Below, one piece after another: positions 39,765 to 54,110 of a stretch of DNA of 64,000 bases; position 1 is the first letter of the stretch, and each line of letters begins with the position of its first letter. Source of the DNA: Eledone cirrhosa (lineage: Eukaryota); NCBI GenBank assembly GCA_964016885.1, contig OZ024751.1:4092001-4156000 (forward strand). Reading direction: 5' to 3'. The position numbers were made by a program, and so were the translations under genes. The notes beneath the pieces are model-generated. The model had not been told where the DNA came from. It did no database searches and was given only the letters and a program-made list of their open reading frames with translations.

Positions 39765-40246
39765 GTCTTGAGGGCACAACACCAACAACAATGGGTTAGT
39801 TTTGCAGGCCCCATGACAAGCTTTTCCATTTTGCTCTATTTTCTATCAATTTCTTGACTTTCATTTCCTCCTTCATCATCTTTAACCATATCTTGCTTGG
39901 TTATGTCCTTCCACTTCCTTCCACATTTATTGTCATCACTCTTCTCACCCAGTCACTTTCCTCCTTCCTCAACACATGACCCAACCATCTCACACCATTT
40001 CTATTCACAACATTCTGCACTATCTCTAATCCCATCATCCTCTGCCATTCATTGTTTGTCTTCCTCTCTCAGAGTGATAGTCCTCTCGTCCACAGAACCA
40101 TTCTTATTTCTTTTCTTTCCGACTCTCTCTGCTGCTCCAGATTCATCAACCATATCTCACTCCCATTAAATCATAGCAGTAACTATTTTGATACCAACCA
40201 ACCGAAAACCGGTTCTGCTTCTACAAAACAAAACTACCCATTTTAA

Positions 40247-40454
40247 CCCTTTAGCATTTAAACCAGCCATATCTGGCCAGAATTCTCTCACCTCTTTCTG
40301 TTCAAACTAAGCATAACCAGCCGCTCATACTTATGTTATGGTATTGTTATCAACATTTCATAGATTTGATATTATGAGGGATAATTATGTGAGATAAAGC
40401 ATTTACCGTGAAAATACAATAGTATATATAGAGAGTATTGTAAATGCCAAAGGG
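40247..40454. mobile_element. Short TTAA MITE nested in a long TTAA MITE (~40183-40631)
   Basis: TTAA|CCCTTTAGCATTT...AAATGCCAAAGGG|TAAA. Confidence 0.8.
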
Positions 40455-40821
40455 TAAAAGGGATCCTCTTAAAATTAAAATCTTCCAACATAATTTTATA
40501 TGAGAACCATATGTTAAGTTACTATCTTAGTGATGAAATAATTAATAATTTTTAGTAAATCTCTCAAAATGTTTTATTAATTAATTGAAATAGGGTGTGT
40601 TTCATTAGAAATGTGGCCATGAAAAGGTTAAACCATCATCATCATCTGACACGTGTTTTTCCTGCTAACAAGGGTTGGGTATGTCATCAGCAGGCTGGCT
40701 TCCAGGAGTCCTCATCTCACTTATGTTCCTACACCTTACCAATTGCTTAGAACAGCTGGTAGCCCATAACTCGTGTGCTACCAAGTACATTTTATCATGG
40801 CAGCAGCACTAGAGAGGTTGA

Positions 40822-43700
40822 CATCATCATCATACGTCCGCTTTTCCCTTCTTGCAAGGGTGGGATGGGTCCTCTTCAGCACAGCATCTCTCCATTCGTC
40901 ACAGTCCCTCATCATCTCCTCTGTGAGCTTCAGCGATCTGAGGTCAGCTCTCACCACCTCCGCCCATGTTTTTCGTGGTCTTCCTTCCACCGGGATTTCT
41001 TGTCACTTCTTTACCCAGCAGTCATCTTCCATGCGCATCGCATAGCCATACCAATGCAGTCTTCTCTCGCGCACACTACAGTTTATCCCTCTTATACACA
41101 GTTTCACTCTCAACTTGTCTATGCTTGGTCGTTCACACACATTGACATTGCACATCCATCGAAGCATGCTTGCTTCATTTCTCTCCAGCTGTCGCATATC
41201 CTCCGCAGTTGCTGCCCATGTCTCACTACCATGCAACATCGTGCATCTCACACAGGCATCATACAACCGACCTTTCATTCATAGGAAGAAACCCTTCGTT
41301 GTCAACAGAGGAAGCAGCTCCCTAAAATTCTTTCATCCTGTCCTTATTCTAGATACTAAGGCCCCGGAGCATCCTCCTCCCTTGTTTATCTGATCACCTA
41401 AATATCGGAAGCTATAGATCCTATTTGCATTTGAAAAATATGTCTATCACTGACACTTCTACTATCAATTTTCCCTGAACATGTAGATGTATGGAGTTTT
41501 CCATTCCTGTTAGTTTGCTTGCTATCCCACTACCCAAGATCTGTATTGTGTACATTTTATAGAATTTATGCCAACTCTTTTTCTACATATCAAACATGTT
41601 CATTTCCCTGATGGAATCAGAGTTTTGTCCTCTTTACTACTTATCAACACTTTTGTCTTTGCAAGGTTCACTCTCAGTCCTCTTGATTCCAACTGTTGTT
41701 TCCTCTACTGATTCTGCTATAAGTACCAGATCGTCAGCATAGAGAAGTTTCCATGGGCAGCCAGTCTTAAACTCCTCTGTTATGGCTTGGAGAACTATAA
41801 TGAATAAGAGTGGGTTGAGGACCGAACCCTGATGAACTCCTACTTGTATCTGGACATAGCTTGCACTGTCCTCACACTTCACAGCCATTCCTCTACACCT
41901 AGTTTCCTTAGGGACCACTAGATGACAGATCGGAATAGTCTATCAATGGCCTTCTCTAGGTCAACAAAAGCTAAATATAGTGGCTTATTCTTCTCCAAGA
42001 ACCTCTCTTGTAATTGTCTCCAAGAAGAGGACATCTGTTGTACTTTTCCCAGGCACAAAACCAAACTGCATCTCATCTAACTTGACTATTTCTCTAATTA
42101 GTTGTGCTAGCACTCTTTCTGTCACCTTCATAACCTGATCCATCAGTTGTAGCAATTTACAAAAATACTGCTGCACCAGTCTTTGGGTTAGACTCTGCCA
42201 TATATAACTTGATTGACTATTCGTGCAATCAGTTTAATTCCTACTTCTGATGCCTTCAGCATCTCAGCAACTATCCCTGATGGTCCAGCGGCTTTACCAC
42301 TTTTCATTTCTTTAATTGCCTCTTTGACCCTATAGTCGTCAACTTCAATAGTTGGTCCCTCTGTTGGGTCTAGTTTCTCTCTCTCCCATTTATTCTCAAC
42401 ATTCATCAATCTCTCATAATGACATTTCCAAGCTTCCTTTTTCTGATCATCAATCACACTAAGTACACCAGCATCATTTCAGACACACTTATCTCCAACA
42501 ACATCCTGATTTACACTGACACACTGCCTTGCAATGCAGAACACTGCACATCTCTGATCTTCTCGTCGCACAACCTTGGGAAACCTCCTATTTTCAACTT
42601 CCGTGCATGCTAAGTATACCTGACGTCTAGCCTCTCTTAGCAACTGAATATCGGTCTCTACCCCCCCCCCCCCATTTATCCAATCCTTCCATGCTTGTCT
42701 TTTGTCTTTAATAACTCTATCTTCTGTGTTGTTCCACCACAAAGTCACCCTCTGGTTGGAGCAGAGCTCCAGCCACAAGTCTCTTCAGTTGTGTGCAATA
42801 GGTTGTCTCATAAGAACTTCCAGTTATCTTCTATGTTGTACAATTCTAATCTGTCTTCTTTCTCGTCATACACATCTTGAAGGGCTTTCCAAAATTTATA
42901 TTTAGATGAAAGGTCTTTTAGCGTCCATACCTTCCTTTTCCATACCTTCCTGTGTGTCTCATTCTGTCTCTTGCTTATTGAGATATCACTAATGACTAAC
43001 CTATGTTGGGGGATACATTATTCCACAGGGTATGCCTTAGTATTCAAAACCATCTGTCTGTCTCGTTACCTAACTAGCAAGAAGTTAATCTGGCTTACGT
43101 GCTTGCCTGATTGGTAGTTTATTAGGTGATTGGCAGGTTTCCTGAAGTTAGTGTTGCAAATGGTTAGTTCACTTGCATCACAAAATTCAAGAAGCCTCAG
43201 TCCTTCGTTTCTTGAGCCATAACCATGACCACCATGTACCCCAGTGTATCCATCCTGGAGTTGTCCAACATGACAATTGAAGTTACCTGCTAGTAAGACT
43301 AAGTCTCTGTCCTCTGTCACTGTGGTTGTCTCTAGAAGTTGCTCGTAAAAGCAGTCCTTCTCTTCTTTACCTAGTCCTGCTTGGGGAGCATAGGGAGAGA
43401 TAATTGTCAGCAGTCTATTGCCTACAACTAATCTAATCTTAATGATTCTATTACTTACTCTAACTACCTCCATTGTCTTGTTAATTCACTTCTCTGCCAG
43501 TAAAATGCCTACCCCACCCAACCCATCATCATTTCCTACCCAGAAAAGATTATAGCTAAGCTGTTTGCCTGCAATTAGTCTTACTGAGGCACCTCTTGCA
43601 TGCAGCACACATCCACATGTCTTCTCTCTAGCATCTCCACTATCTCACCAGATGTACCTCTCAGAGTGCCAACATTAAGTGTGACATCCCTGAGATGTGT
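40822..43700 (-). mobile_element. Near full-length degenerate RTE LINE, second subfamily
   Basis: TLNVGTLRG, AGNFNCHVG, KAAGPSG, QFGFVPG, GVHQGSVLNPLLF, LLYADDL, RLHWYGY, GRPRKTW in order. Confidence 0.9.
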
Positions 43701-44551
43701 CATCTTTCGTTGATTCTTCCTTTTTCTCTGCAAAGATAAAAAAGAAAAATATTTAAAATCATTATCATCATCATTATTATTGTTGTTGTTGTGCAATTGC
43801 TTGATGACTGTTGGGGGAGGGGGGGTGTCTCGAACATGGCCGCACTAACCACCCCACTAACATGGTTAGTGTTATTACTGTTTACACAGTTATTGCGATA
43901 TGTGTATGTTGTGCTCATAATGTTGGCATAAATATACTGGTTGGATGCCCTTCTTTTCACCAGCACCACTTTACAGCATGAACTGGGTACTTTTATTCGT
44001 TCCACCAGCATTAGAGAAGTTGCCTTACTGGACTCAGGGGCCCTCTCTACCATATGCTTTGGCATGGATTTTAATGGCTGAATACCACTTCCATTTCCTC
44101 GATTTTACAGCATAGATTGGGTGCTTTTATTCATGTCACCAGCACTTACTGGACTTAGGGGGCTTCTCCACCCTGCGCAAATTTATTCGGAGTGGTTGCT
44201 CTTCTAGATGGGTTGTCTACACTAGAGCTTATGGAGCCTCCGACCGCCCCGTGACTGCTCTGAGCGGTCCTGGGCCACTATTCAACTATATTAAGATACT
44301 CTTATTTAGTCTACATTTATCATATGGAAGGAGGGGGGTAGTTGGGAAGGAGAAAGCAATGAAGAGGTTTTGGGGGAAGTGGGTTAAGGTGCTATATGCA
44401 CGAAGAAGTGGCTAGCATATATGGAGGGTGGTAAAGGTGGGGTGGGATGCGAAATGATGACTATATACCTATACAAACATTTTAAGCTCAGCCTCTCCTC
44501 TCCAAAATCCTACATAAATATATATATATACATGTACATATATATATACAT

Positions 44552-44582
<31 letters not shown>

Positions 44583-45085
44583 CATCTACATACTTACATA
44601 TACCTATACAAACATTTTAAGCTCAGCCTCTCCAAAACCTTATGTAAACATATATATATACACATACATGTATATACATATACACACACACACACATATA
44701 TATATATATATCTATCATCATCATCATCATTTCATTTTATGTCCGCTTTTTCCCTGCTTGCAAGATATATATATATACATATACATACCTATATAAACAT
44801 TTATGTACTTATAGACATACACAGAACACACATGTACACACATGCTAGTGTGGAAAATGGACGTTGCTGATGATGATTATGATGATATATATAAACATTT
44901 CAAAAATCTACAAAATTGAAATTAAAGACTAATCTGTATGCTGTCGTAACTCAAATGAAGAATCATTTAAAAACCGCTTTTCAGATCCCAGCGTTTACAA
45001 GCATTTTAAAGTCAGCCTCTCTAAAACCCTACGTAAACATATATATACACATACATGTACATATCTATATATATATATATATATA

Positions 45086-48000
45086 CTAGTAGTTTAGCTC
45101 GGCGTTGCTCGGGTTTGTTCATTTGCTATGAAAAGTTACAGGTAAACGTGGCTTGAAAGCGAACAAGCTTATCAATTAAGTGCATAAAGCAGTTGAACCG
45201 GTTATTAAAAGTTACGAACCAATTAGCATTTTGGACAATCAATGATGGGTTAATAATCTACAATAGTGAATTTAGTAAACCAAAGCTGCAAGATGGTGGC
45301 CCTGATGCCGCTGGGTGTCAGATCTGTCCGCCATGGGTGACCCTACCAGTTTTCCAGACGGCATAGCTCCAACACCTGCACCAACATCTATAGCACCTCT
45401 TTGTAGACGATATTGCGTGTCATCCCTTGAGGAGTGTCCATTCCTGCTCCCTACGCGGGAACAGGCAACATAAAGTTGGCCATGGGAGAAGCATGGCTCC
45501 CCCAAATGGATGCCCGCCACCGATAATGTTTGCCCTTGTGACATGGTCTCACCGGGAATTGAACGGGATATCTGACGCCGAGGGGAAAAGTTTCATCCTT
45601 GGAATGAAAACATTCTCCCCTCTCCCACACCCCGTTACAATGGTGGCCTCAATCAAGTGGGGCGTCAGTGACTTGACCATGCGAGTACCGTTGCACTGCT
45701 TTGGTGGATGCAAGTTCCTTATTAGCATAATGGGACAGCCAACCCTAAGCTTAAGAATGTGAGGTGGGAGCCCTGGGGGCTCAAGGGAATTTAATAACTC
45801 AACCATATAATTAACGATATCGTCGGGGTCTGACGTCCGGTCGATAGATTTGAAGATGTGCTCTTTACCAGGAATCTTCTCAATCAGCTGCTCGTTAATA
45901 AAATTAACCATGGTATTTTTCGGAGCAAGGATGGCTCTTTCGCTGAGCCAATCGAGGTTTTTAAAGTTAGATGAGACATTAGGAAAAACCGCTTCCCAAA
46001 GGTCAGAAGGGCTGCTCACAACGTTGCACAGGGAGTCGATTGCTATGCTGCCCTTGTCATCCGCAGGGACCTTGCCCTCACCAAGTGCTAAAATGTTCTG
46101 AGCAAATGCTGCAGACATGTTGTCACCATGCAAATGAGCACGCATATTTGTTCTCAAACTCTTCATCTGGAGCCACAACATGGACGACTTAAGGCAGACA
46201 CGCACTTCATCAGCTCTTGTCTCTTTGGGTATGACAGGCAGCCTTTGCCGAAAATCCCCTGAGAGCAGAAGGGTTACACCACCCATAGGAGCCGTAGAAT
46301 CCCTAATGTCTTTCAGGGTCAAATCCAATGCCTCAAGGGCACCCTTGTGTGCCATTGTGCACTCATCCCAAACAATGAGGCAACATTTTTTGAGAACCAG
46401 AGCTTCGTGTGTACTCTTGCTGATATTGCATGTTAGTGTCTCAGTTTTTACTAAATCCAAGGGGAGTTTAAAGGTTGAATGTGTTGTCCTGCCTCCCGGC
46501 AGCAAAGTAGCAGCGATCCCGGACGATGCAACGGCCAACGCAATTTTTTTCTCTTGACGAATCTTAGCGAGAATCAATTTCGTTACAAAAGTTTTTCCGG
46601 TACCCCCAGGAGCATCGAGAAAGTAAATACCCCCAATCTGATTTTGAACCGCGTCGATGATAGTTAAATAAGCCAACCTTTGGTCCGACAGAAATTTCGG
46701 CTCATTTTCCTCTAAATATTGGGAAAGAGATTCGATGTCATATGCTGTTTCCCGCAACAAATCCAGGGCAAATGTGTTAGCTTCCTCTCTGACGGTTGAC
46801 GGCAAGCCATACATCGCCAACTCACTCCCACCCATGTCGAGGAGGGCGTCCTCGATATCAATGAGTGCCCTGTTGTAGATAATGTCGCTGTAACCAACTT
46901 CCACTGAAGTATACTGTAAATGAGCCAGGCACAGGAAGTCCTCAGACATGAAGCCTCTGTACTTGACCCATAAAGATTTGGGATCACCCAATTCACACTT
47001 TTGAAGCAAAATGGCAAAGAGTTCCCGTAGACTTTTAGGTGATTTCAACAAAGCACCCTCTGCTAAAGTGGAATCCCATTGCGAATCATCTTCCAAAAGA
47101 CCACGCTTAAAGCAGGCTTCCCGGTACGTATCACATATTTCTCCATCAACAGTTTTGAGATCCTGAAAACTTTGTGGGCCTACAACTTCATGCAGAAGAA
47201 GGCGGAGATGAAAGCACTCATGCTGATATGGGGGCACAGTGTAAACCCTTCCAAGACAACTGTCAAATTTTACACCAGGATGTCTTTCAGCAGCCTGACC
47301 TGACTTTCTTCGCACCCAAGTGTTTTTCGACCATATAAAGTAGGATGGAACCTGGGGGTACACAATTGTATTGAACTGGCAAAGTTTGAAGAAATCCGTC
47401 AGAGTGGTCTCTTTCGGATCGGCGGCCAACTTGGCGGCAGTTTGGTCCGTAAAGTAAACCCTTTGCCTATTTTCCAAATGTACCGCAAGCTGTACGATGG
47501 CGGGGTGCCGTTGGTGTAGGAGTAAACCAAATAGGCGCCAAAAAGCTTCATTGCTACTGATGTACCACCCCGCCAGGTATTCTGTGACCTCGTCCCTGCT
47601 ATTTTCAGCTTGAAATGTGAACATTGCGGCATCAGAGCCCTTATTTACATATTTGTATATGTATTTTATCGACTTGACGGAGTTGCAAAACTCAACGTTG
47701 ATGTTGGCGTTGAACATCTTCAAGATAAGCGGGCAGTAAGGGACCACCCATCTATTGTCGACTTGACCTCCCTTTACTGTTGTGGGTAAGCCACTCTTCT
47801 CGGGCCGTCTCCGCCTGTACAGGGGGTACCCGTCGCCACCAGTCTGAGTCTGGTCAACAAATTTTTTTGGGTATCCATTACTGCACGACCCCCCTTTCAG
47901 ACACGTGTGATGCTCATTAGGACCTGATGCACTTGGACCATGTTAGCTTTGACGATCTCACTTGCTGGGTTAGGGATTTCAGCCGAAATGAAGCTGTCTA

Positions 48001-48595
48001 TGGCATTTGAATTGATTTTATCAGCTAACTAAATCAAAATGTGAGCATGTGGCAGCCTTCGTTTTTGCCATTCGACGGAGAACATGTCACATTTTACAGC
48101 CCCAAATACCTGACCCTTTTTGATTAAAGCCATGTTTCAGTCTGAACACTCTGGCAATGAGGTCATGTCTGTTCGAATAATTTTGCCCAGGAAAAAGTTC
48201 ATGGGTTACATTCCGATTCATATGTCTATAGCATTAATCTGTTATATGAAGTGTTATTTTGTGGGTTGTTATTTGCAATAAGCCGATTGAAAATGCCCCA
48301 GATAAGCTGTATGTCAATACGGAATGCTCAATACTGAACGATCCACTGCAGTGTTGTCATATAGGGAGTGAAGAGCGACAGAGAGAGTAAAGCAGTTAAA
48401 TTATAGAGAGGGGGAATGATCATGATTGATTTTTGCCCTTATTGTTGATGGATTTGAAATTTTGCTTCATGACCTTTTCCTGACCAAAAGCAATAATTGT
48501 CCCGACTTTGAATAGAATCCGTTGGAAATTGTGGACGTGCATACGTTACAAACCTTAACACACACATCCTCAGATTTATATAAATATATATATAT
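45086..48595 (-). mobile_element. Helitron (Rep-helicase), internally deleted and frameshifted
   Basis: 3' end CCCGAGCAACGCCGAG hairpin then CTAG|T at 45086. HUH Rep motif VEWQKRRLPHAHIL at ~48035-48080, followed by the PIF1 helicase ORF. The 5' end in a TA-rich tract is approximate. Confidence 0.92.
45549..47747 (-). pseudogene. Helitron PIF1-family helicase open segment (732 aa)
   Basis: LDAPGGTGKTF, VASSGIAATLL, VWDECTM, SGDFRQ, PIMLIRNL. The C-terminal QGQTL..FSHGQLYVACSRV lies in another frame, and the upstream Rep is disrupted. Confidence 0.9.
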
Positions 48596-49642
48596 ACATC
48601 TACATACCTATATAAACCTTTACATCTACTATAATAATAATAATAATGAAATTATTATGTACAGTGCTCATGTGCACTACAACTCATCAAAGGTGCATGT
48701 ATAGTACATAGAATAATGTACAAATGTCAGGAAAGTGAACAAACAGTGTATGAGTCATGATATACATGTGTGTGTGTGTGTGTGGAGGGAGGATATCAGG
48801 TGTAGTGTTGGCGAATTTCAGGAAGCATGGAGGTTTTAAAGGATGCAGTGTCTTGGCAGCTAACAACTGATGCAGGTAGTTTGTTCCATGCTTCAGCAAC
48901 TCTGAACATGAAAAAATCTTTCTGAATGTCATGGGAGCTGTGGTGTTTTCTTATTTTGTAAGCATGCCCACGTTTGTTAGACACATGTAATTCAAAAAGG
49001 TGCTCAGGGTTGTTGTTGTCAAACTGGTTAATTATTTTGTGGGTGTTTATCAAGTCAGTTGCCAGACATTGGAGCTTCAATGTATCCATGGCCAGGGAAG
49101 CAAGGCGTTCAGAGTATGGTAGATGCCTGATGAAGGGTATTTGCTTGGTTGCACGTCTCTGAACAGTTTCCAGGAGATCAATGTTTTGAGCAAGATAGGG
49201 GTTCCAGGCTGGTGATGCAAATTCTAAGTGTGGCCATACACAGCTATATACAGCTTTAAATAGATAGCTGAAGAGCAGCTGACAAAGGTCTTGCTGAGTG
49301 ATGCCAAGACACCCTCAGCCTTCTTGACAATTTTAGAGATGTGCTTTGTCCAACGCAAATTGCTGCTGGCAGCAATGCCCAGGTCACGTTTACAAGGAGA
49401 CTTCTTGATATTAGTGTTGTGGAGGGAGTATGTGGACACTGAGTTTTTCCTCCCAAAATGCATAGTCGTACACTTGTTCACAGCCAGCTGGAGTTGCCAG
49501 TCCATGTCCATTGCTGCATTGTGTCCAGGTCTGATGATCTATAATGTTCAGGCTCTGTCCTTTTTATCTCAAGGTACAGCATGATGTTATCTGCATATTT
49601 CAGCACTGTGGCATTCTTTAAGTTGGCATCTATGTCATTAAT

Positions 49643-49827
49643 TGTTTCTACTTTTGGCACAAGGCCATCAATTACCCAGTACATTACTAGTACTTTATTT
49701 TATCGACCCCGTAAGGATGAAAGGCAAAGTTAACCTCGGCGGGATTTGAACTCAGATCGTAAAGGGACGTAACTATGCTGGAAAGCATGGTGTCTGACCC
49801 TCTACCGATACTGCCAATCCACCGCCC
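49643..49827 (-). mobile_element. Full-length SINE family A with a 12-bp TSD
   Basis: TATGTCATTAAT at 49631-49642 and 49828-49839, duplicating the INDI codons of the CR1 RT. Confidence 0.95.
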
Positions 49828-50462
49828 TATGTCATTAATATATGCAACAAACAAAAGGGGACCAAGAACAGATCCCTGCGGTACACCAAATATCTCATAA
49901 GGTGAAGAATGTTGTCCTAGAACCATGACTACCTCTTTTTGATTGAGAATGAAGGACTTCAACCAGTTAAAAAGATCATCTTTCACACCCATTGCAGAGA
50001 GTTTTGCCATAAGTCTTTTGTGTGGCACAGAATTAAAAGCTTTAGCAAAGTCAAGGTAAACAACATCCACCCATGATCCGCCATTAGTGATCCAGGTGAT
50101 GTCAAGAAACTCGATAAGTTGATCACAGCAGCTAGAGTTAGGAATAAATTGAAATTTTGAGGGCCGGATAAGGCTGTGAGAATTCCAAAAATTCCAGGGT
50201 GTTTCTCCAACATAGGATTCCATCAGTTTCGCAATACAACTAGTAAGACTTGACAGACGTGTGGTGACCCTTTTTGGACAGAGGAATGGCACTGCCAGTT
50301 TTCCACTGCTCCGGAGTATCACCATTGTTAAGACAGAATTGAAAGAAGAGTGAAAGCTGGTGCAGAAGAAAGTACTCACCAGGTTTGAGAAGCAGGTACG
50401 TAACATCATCAAGACCAGGAGAGACATAGTTGCGCTCATTCTTAAGGTGACGTTGCAGCATT

Positions 50463-51566
50463 CATCATCATCATCATCACCGTTTTACGTCCGTTCTTCC
50501 ACGCTAGCATGGGTTAGACGGGTTGTCCTGTTGTGGGCAGTGTCTGGTCGGCTGACCATGCCTTGCTCATACAGGAACTGATCTGGCTTGATTTCTACAG
50601 CTGGATGCCCTTCCTAACACCAACCTCATTTACAGTGAGTGCTGGGTGCTTTTTCGTGGCGCCTACACGTCCACTTTACAGTGTGGGCTGGGTGCTTTTT
50701 TGCCGTGGCACCTCCACGACCACCTTGCGGTGGGGGGGGGGGGGGGCATATTGTTTATATGCTTCAGCATGTACCCATGGGAGGTCGGGTACCCTGTATT
50801 ACTGCGTGACGCCAGAAGTCACGGTCGTGTGTCATTGACTTTGAGAGGTGTAGTTGGGTAAGGTCGGCTTTTATCACCTCATCCCAAGTCATCTTGGGTC
50901 TCCCCACTCCGCGGTTTCCATCAACTTCTAGTGCTCTGCACCTTTTTATGCAGCTGTCATCCTTCATACGCATCACATGTCCATACCAGCGTAACCGCCT
51001 CTCCTGCACGCAGCATTTGATTCCTCTTATGCTCAGTCTCACTCTCAATTCCTTTATGCTTTGTCGTTCACGTATATTACTGTTACACATCCATCGGAGC
51101 ATGCAGGCTTCGTTTCTCTCTAATCTACGTAAGTCTTCCACCTTCAGCGCCCAGGTCTCACTACCATGCAACATCGCTGTTCGGATACACGCATCATACA
51201 GTCTGCCTTTCATTCTGAGGGAGAAGCCTTTTGCAGCTAGCAGTGGTAGTAGTTCCCTAAACTTCTTCCATCCCGTTCTTACCCTAGTTATTGTACTTTC
51301 TGAGCACCCACCTCTGTTGCTAATTCGGTCACCTAGGTAGCAGAAGCTGTCTACTGTTTCTACAGGGCCCTCCCAGAGATTGGTGGTACTTGTTTCCTGT
51401 GGCTGTTTGCTTGCTGTTTCAGCACAGCTGCTGCATGTGAATCCTACATTCTTAATTAAGCTTCCTGAGATCCCGCTACATCTCTTGTGTACCCATTGTT
51501 TGCATTTGGGGCAGAGAATGGAGTTCCTACCTACACCTTTCCTACATACTGAGCAAGGCCATTTCC
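50463..51566 (-). mobile_element. 5'-truncated RTE LINE inserted in the CR1 element
   Basis: GKWPCSVCRK...RLRWYGHV...(GAT)n. The CR1 reading MEFTPAM|LQRHLK rejoins across it, with CATT at both junctions. Confidence 0.9.
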
Positions 51567-52979
51567 CATTGCAGGTGTAAATTCCATAGTTGTTATAGAA
51601 TTTGATGTCAGAGGTGGTGGAGATGGTACGTTTTGGTTTTCAACAGTAAAAATGCCTGCACACCATTCAGCAATGAGTTCTGCGCATTCTTTTGGATCGA
51701 TAGTAATCTGGCTTGGGTGGGGATTGCAAAGGGGACCAACTGGAGAGTGAGGTCTCTGCTTTGAATGTACATATTTCCAGAACACCTTACTGTCAGGGTT
51801 GTGCTGTTCAAATTTAAGCACTGCCCTTTTTGTCGTCTGCTTGGATGATTTATTGCACTTTTATCTAGTGATATTTGATTTATGCAGTTTGTATTCCCAT
51901 TCAGCATTACAATGTTCTTTCCTGGCAAGTCGGACTGCTCTAGTCTCCCAAATTGCACTTTTGGGATGTTTTTTGTGCTGTCATGGTACTGATGCTGCAC
52001 ATGCTGTTTATATTGAGTTCAGAATGTTATGGAGTACAGTGTTGACATCTCCAGAGTTGTAAAATTCAAGCCTGTTTGGACGTTGCAGCTCCGTGCAGTA
52101 AGAGTACCAGTCTGCTTTATTCAAGTCAAAGTGAACAGTTTGGAGATGGCTGTGGTTTTTGTTACTGCCCATAAGAGACAGATTGGCAATGATCATAGTA
52201 TGATCAGAGATACCTTAAGGTTCCTCAGTAGTAACACTAATAACTGTTTCAGGAGTAGTGGTAAAGAGTAGATCCAAAGTGTTGTTACTTATAGTTGGGA
52301 AGGTGACTACTCGGGGCTAGTTCGAGTCCAGCACTAGCTCAAGGAAATCATTTATAATTTGCGGCCAATTAAATATTTCCCAATCAATCTTAGGGTGATT
52401 GAAGTCGCCTGCAATAAAAACATAAGTGGCTGTTTTCCTGGTGGCAGCTCTGAGGATATCACAAAGCTGTGTGTCCTGATGGTAATTTGGGCGGTAAACA
52501 ACTCCTTGACATGGTCATATGTATATCGCAGAAAAATGCTTCTTGTTGTGATTGGTTTAAATCAATGCAAGGATTTGCTGAAAAGTTTGAACGAACCTAG
52601 ACCATCACACCACCACCACGATGATTAATGTGGTCTTTGAGAAAGAAGTTGTAGCTAGCTAGACTGAAAACCCCATACAAAACCCTATATAAACATTTTA
52701 AGCTCAGCCTCTCTAAAACCCTACATAAACATATATATACACATACATGTACATGTATATACATACACATAAATGTATATATTCTTTTTCCCAATTTGAA
52801 AATGTGCTATATACATTATTACTGTTATTCGTTTTATTTTTCCGAACTTATATTTGTCTATTTACGAAATCAACCACGTTGGACACCGCCACCTCTCTCT
52901 CTCCAACTGTCTTTGAAATCCTATATAAACATTTACGTACTTATAGACACACACAGAACCCACATGTACATCTGACACG

Positions 52980-53011
<32 letters not shown>

Positions 53012-53935
53012 AATATATATAAAAACATTTAAAAAATCAACAAAATTGAAATTAAAGACTTATCTGTATGCTGTCATAACTCAAAATTTCCTTGACAAAG
53101 CTGAAGAGTCCTCCCAATCCTTTTTTTGTTAGGTTTCCTATGGTTAAATAACTGACAGTATTTTCCATTTCTTCCAGATTCATTGAATGCACACAGAATG
53201 TACTCAGAGATAGCAAAGACTGATTATTCTGATTGTGGCCCATCAAATGCTACACTCAGTCTACCCAACAACTCACCACTACAATTAACATACGACAGTC
53301 CAAGGTTTATGGACAGCCGGGAACACGGTGAGTTTGAGATGTTTTTTCTTATCTTTTAGCTTGATAAAACACATGCAGTACATTCCGTATGTATATACTG
53401 GTACCATGACAAAAAAGCGCCCAATCTAGCCTGTAAGGTGGTTGTGGGGGTGCCACAACAGAAAAGTACCCAATCCACCCTGTACACAATAGAAAAGCAG
53501 CCAGTCCACCCTGTAAGAGGGTTGTGGTGGTGCCACAACATCCACCCTGTAAAGTGGTAGTGGTGGTGGCACGAAAAATGTTCCCAGTACAATCTGTCGT
53601 GTTGTTGGCATTAAGAAGTACATCTAGCCGTAGAAAACCAATCCAAATGACCAGTACTTCCTACTTTTCAATGGTTTATCTTCAGATTTAGAAAATAGAG
53701 TTTATAAAAACGTGAATTATATTCTTTGGAGTTTTTACTTTATTAACTTTTCTTCTCTAAAACAACAAAAAACAAAAATAAATTTAAGAAAAAAATGACA
53801 AAAAATGTTAACTTAAAGTTGGTCAAAAAATTCCTCGGAAATTAGGATGGCCACCCAGAATGTTCTAAGGCACTTCCCTGAGCACCAGAATCTGGTTGAT
53901 AGGCCTGCATAGTAGATATATAGATGTGTTGTAAA

Positions 53936-54110
53936 GGTACATGGCTTAGTGGTTAGAATGTCGAGCTCACAATTGTGAGGCTGTGAATTCAATTCCTGGA
54001 CCAGACGGTGTGTTGTGTCTTTGAATGAGACACTTTATTTCCTGTTGCTCCAGTTCATCAGCTGAAAAAATGAGTTGCGACGTCATTGGTGCCAAGCTGT
54101 ATTTGTCTTT
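53936..54110 (+). mobile_element. SINE family B
   Basis: GGTACATGGCTTAGTGGTTAGA...AATTCAATTCC...GACACTTTATTTC. Confidence 0.7.

Larger units (their letters stand above)
48630..52600 (-). mobile_element. CR1-group LINE, degenerate, with SINE and RTE insertions
   Basis: AGDFNHP endonuclease motif at ~52400; FWKYVHSK; DVVYLDFAKAFNSVPH; GVPQGSVLGPLLFVAYINDI; KYADN; RDLGI; FRVAEAWNKLP; (TTA)n tail at ~48631. Confidence 0.88.

Noticed and set aside
45549-47747. Host PIF1 helicase gene
   Set aside because: Intronless, frameshifted at both ends, preceded by a HUH Rep motif and followed by a Helitron 3' end.
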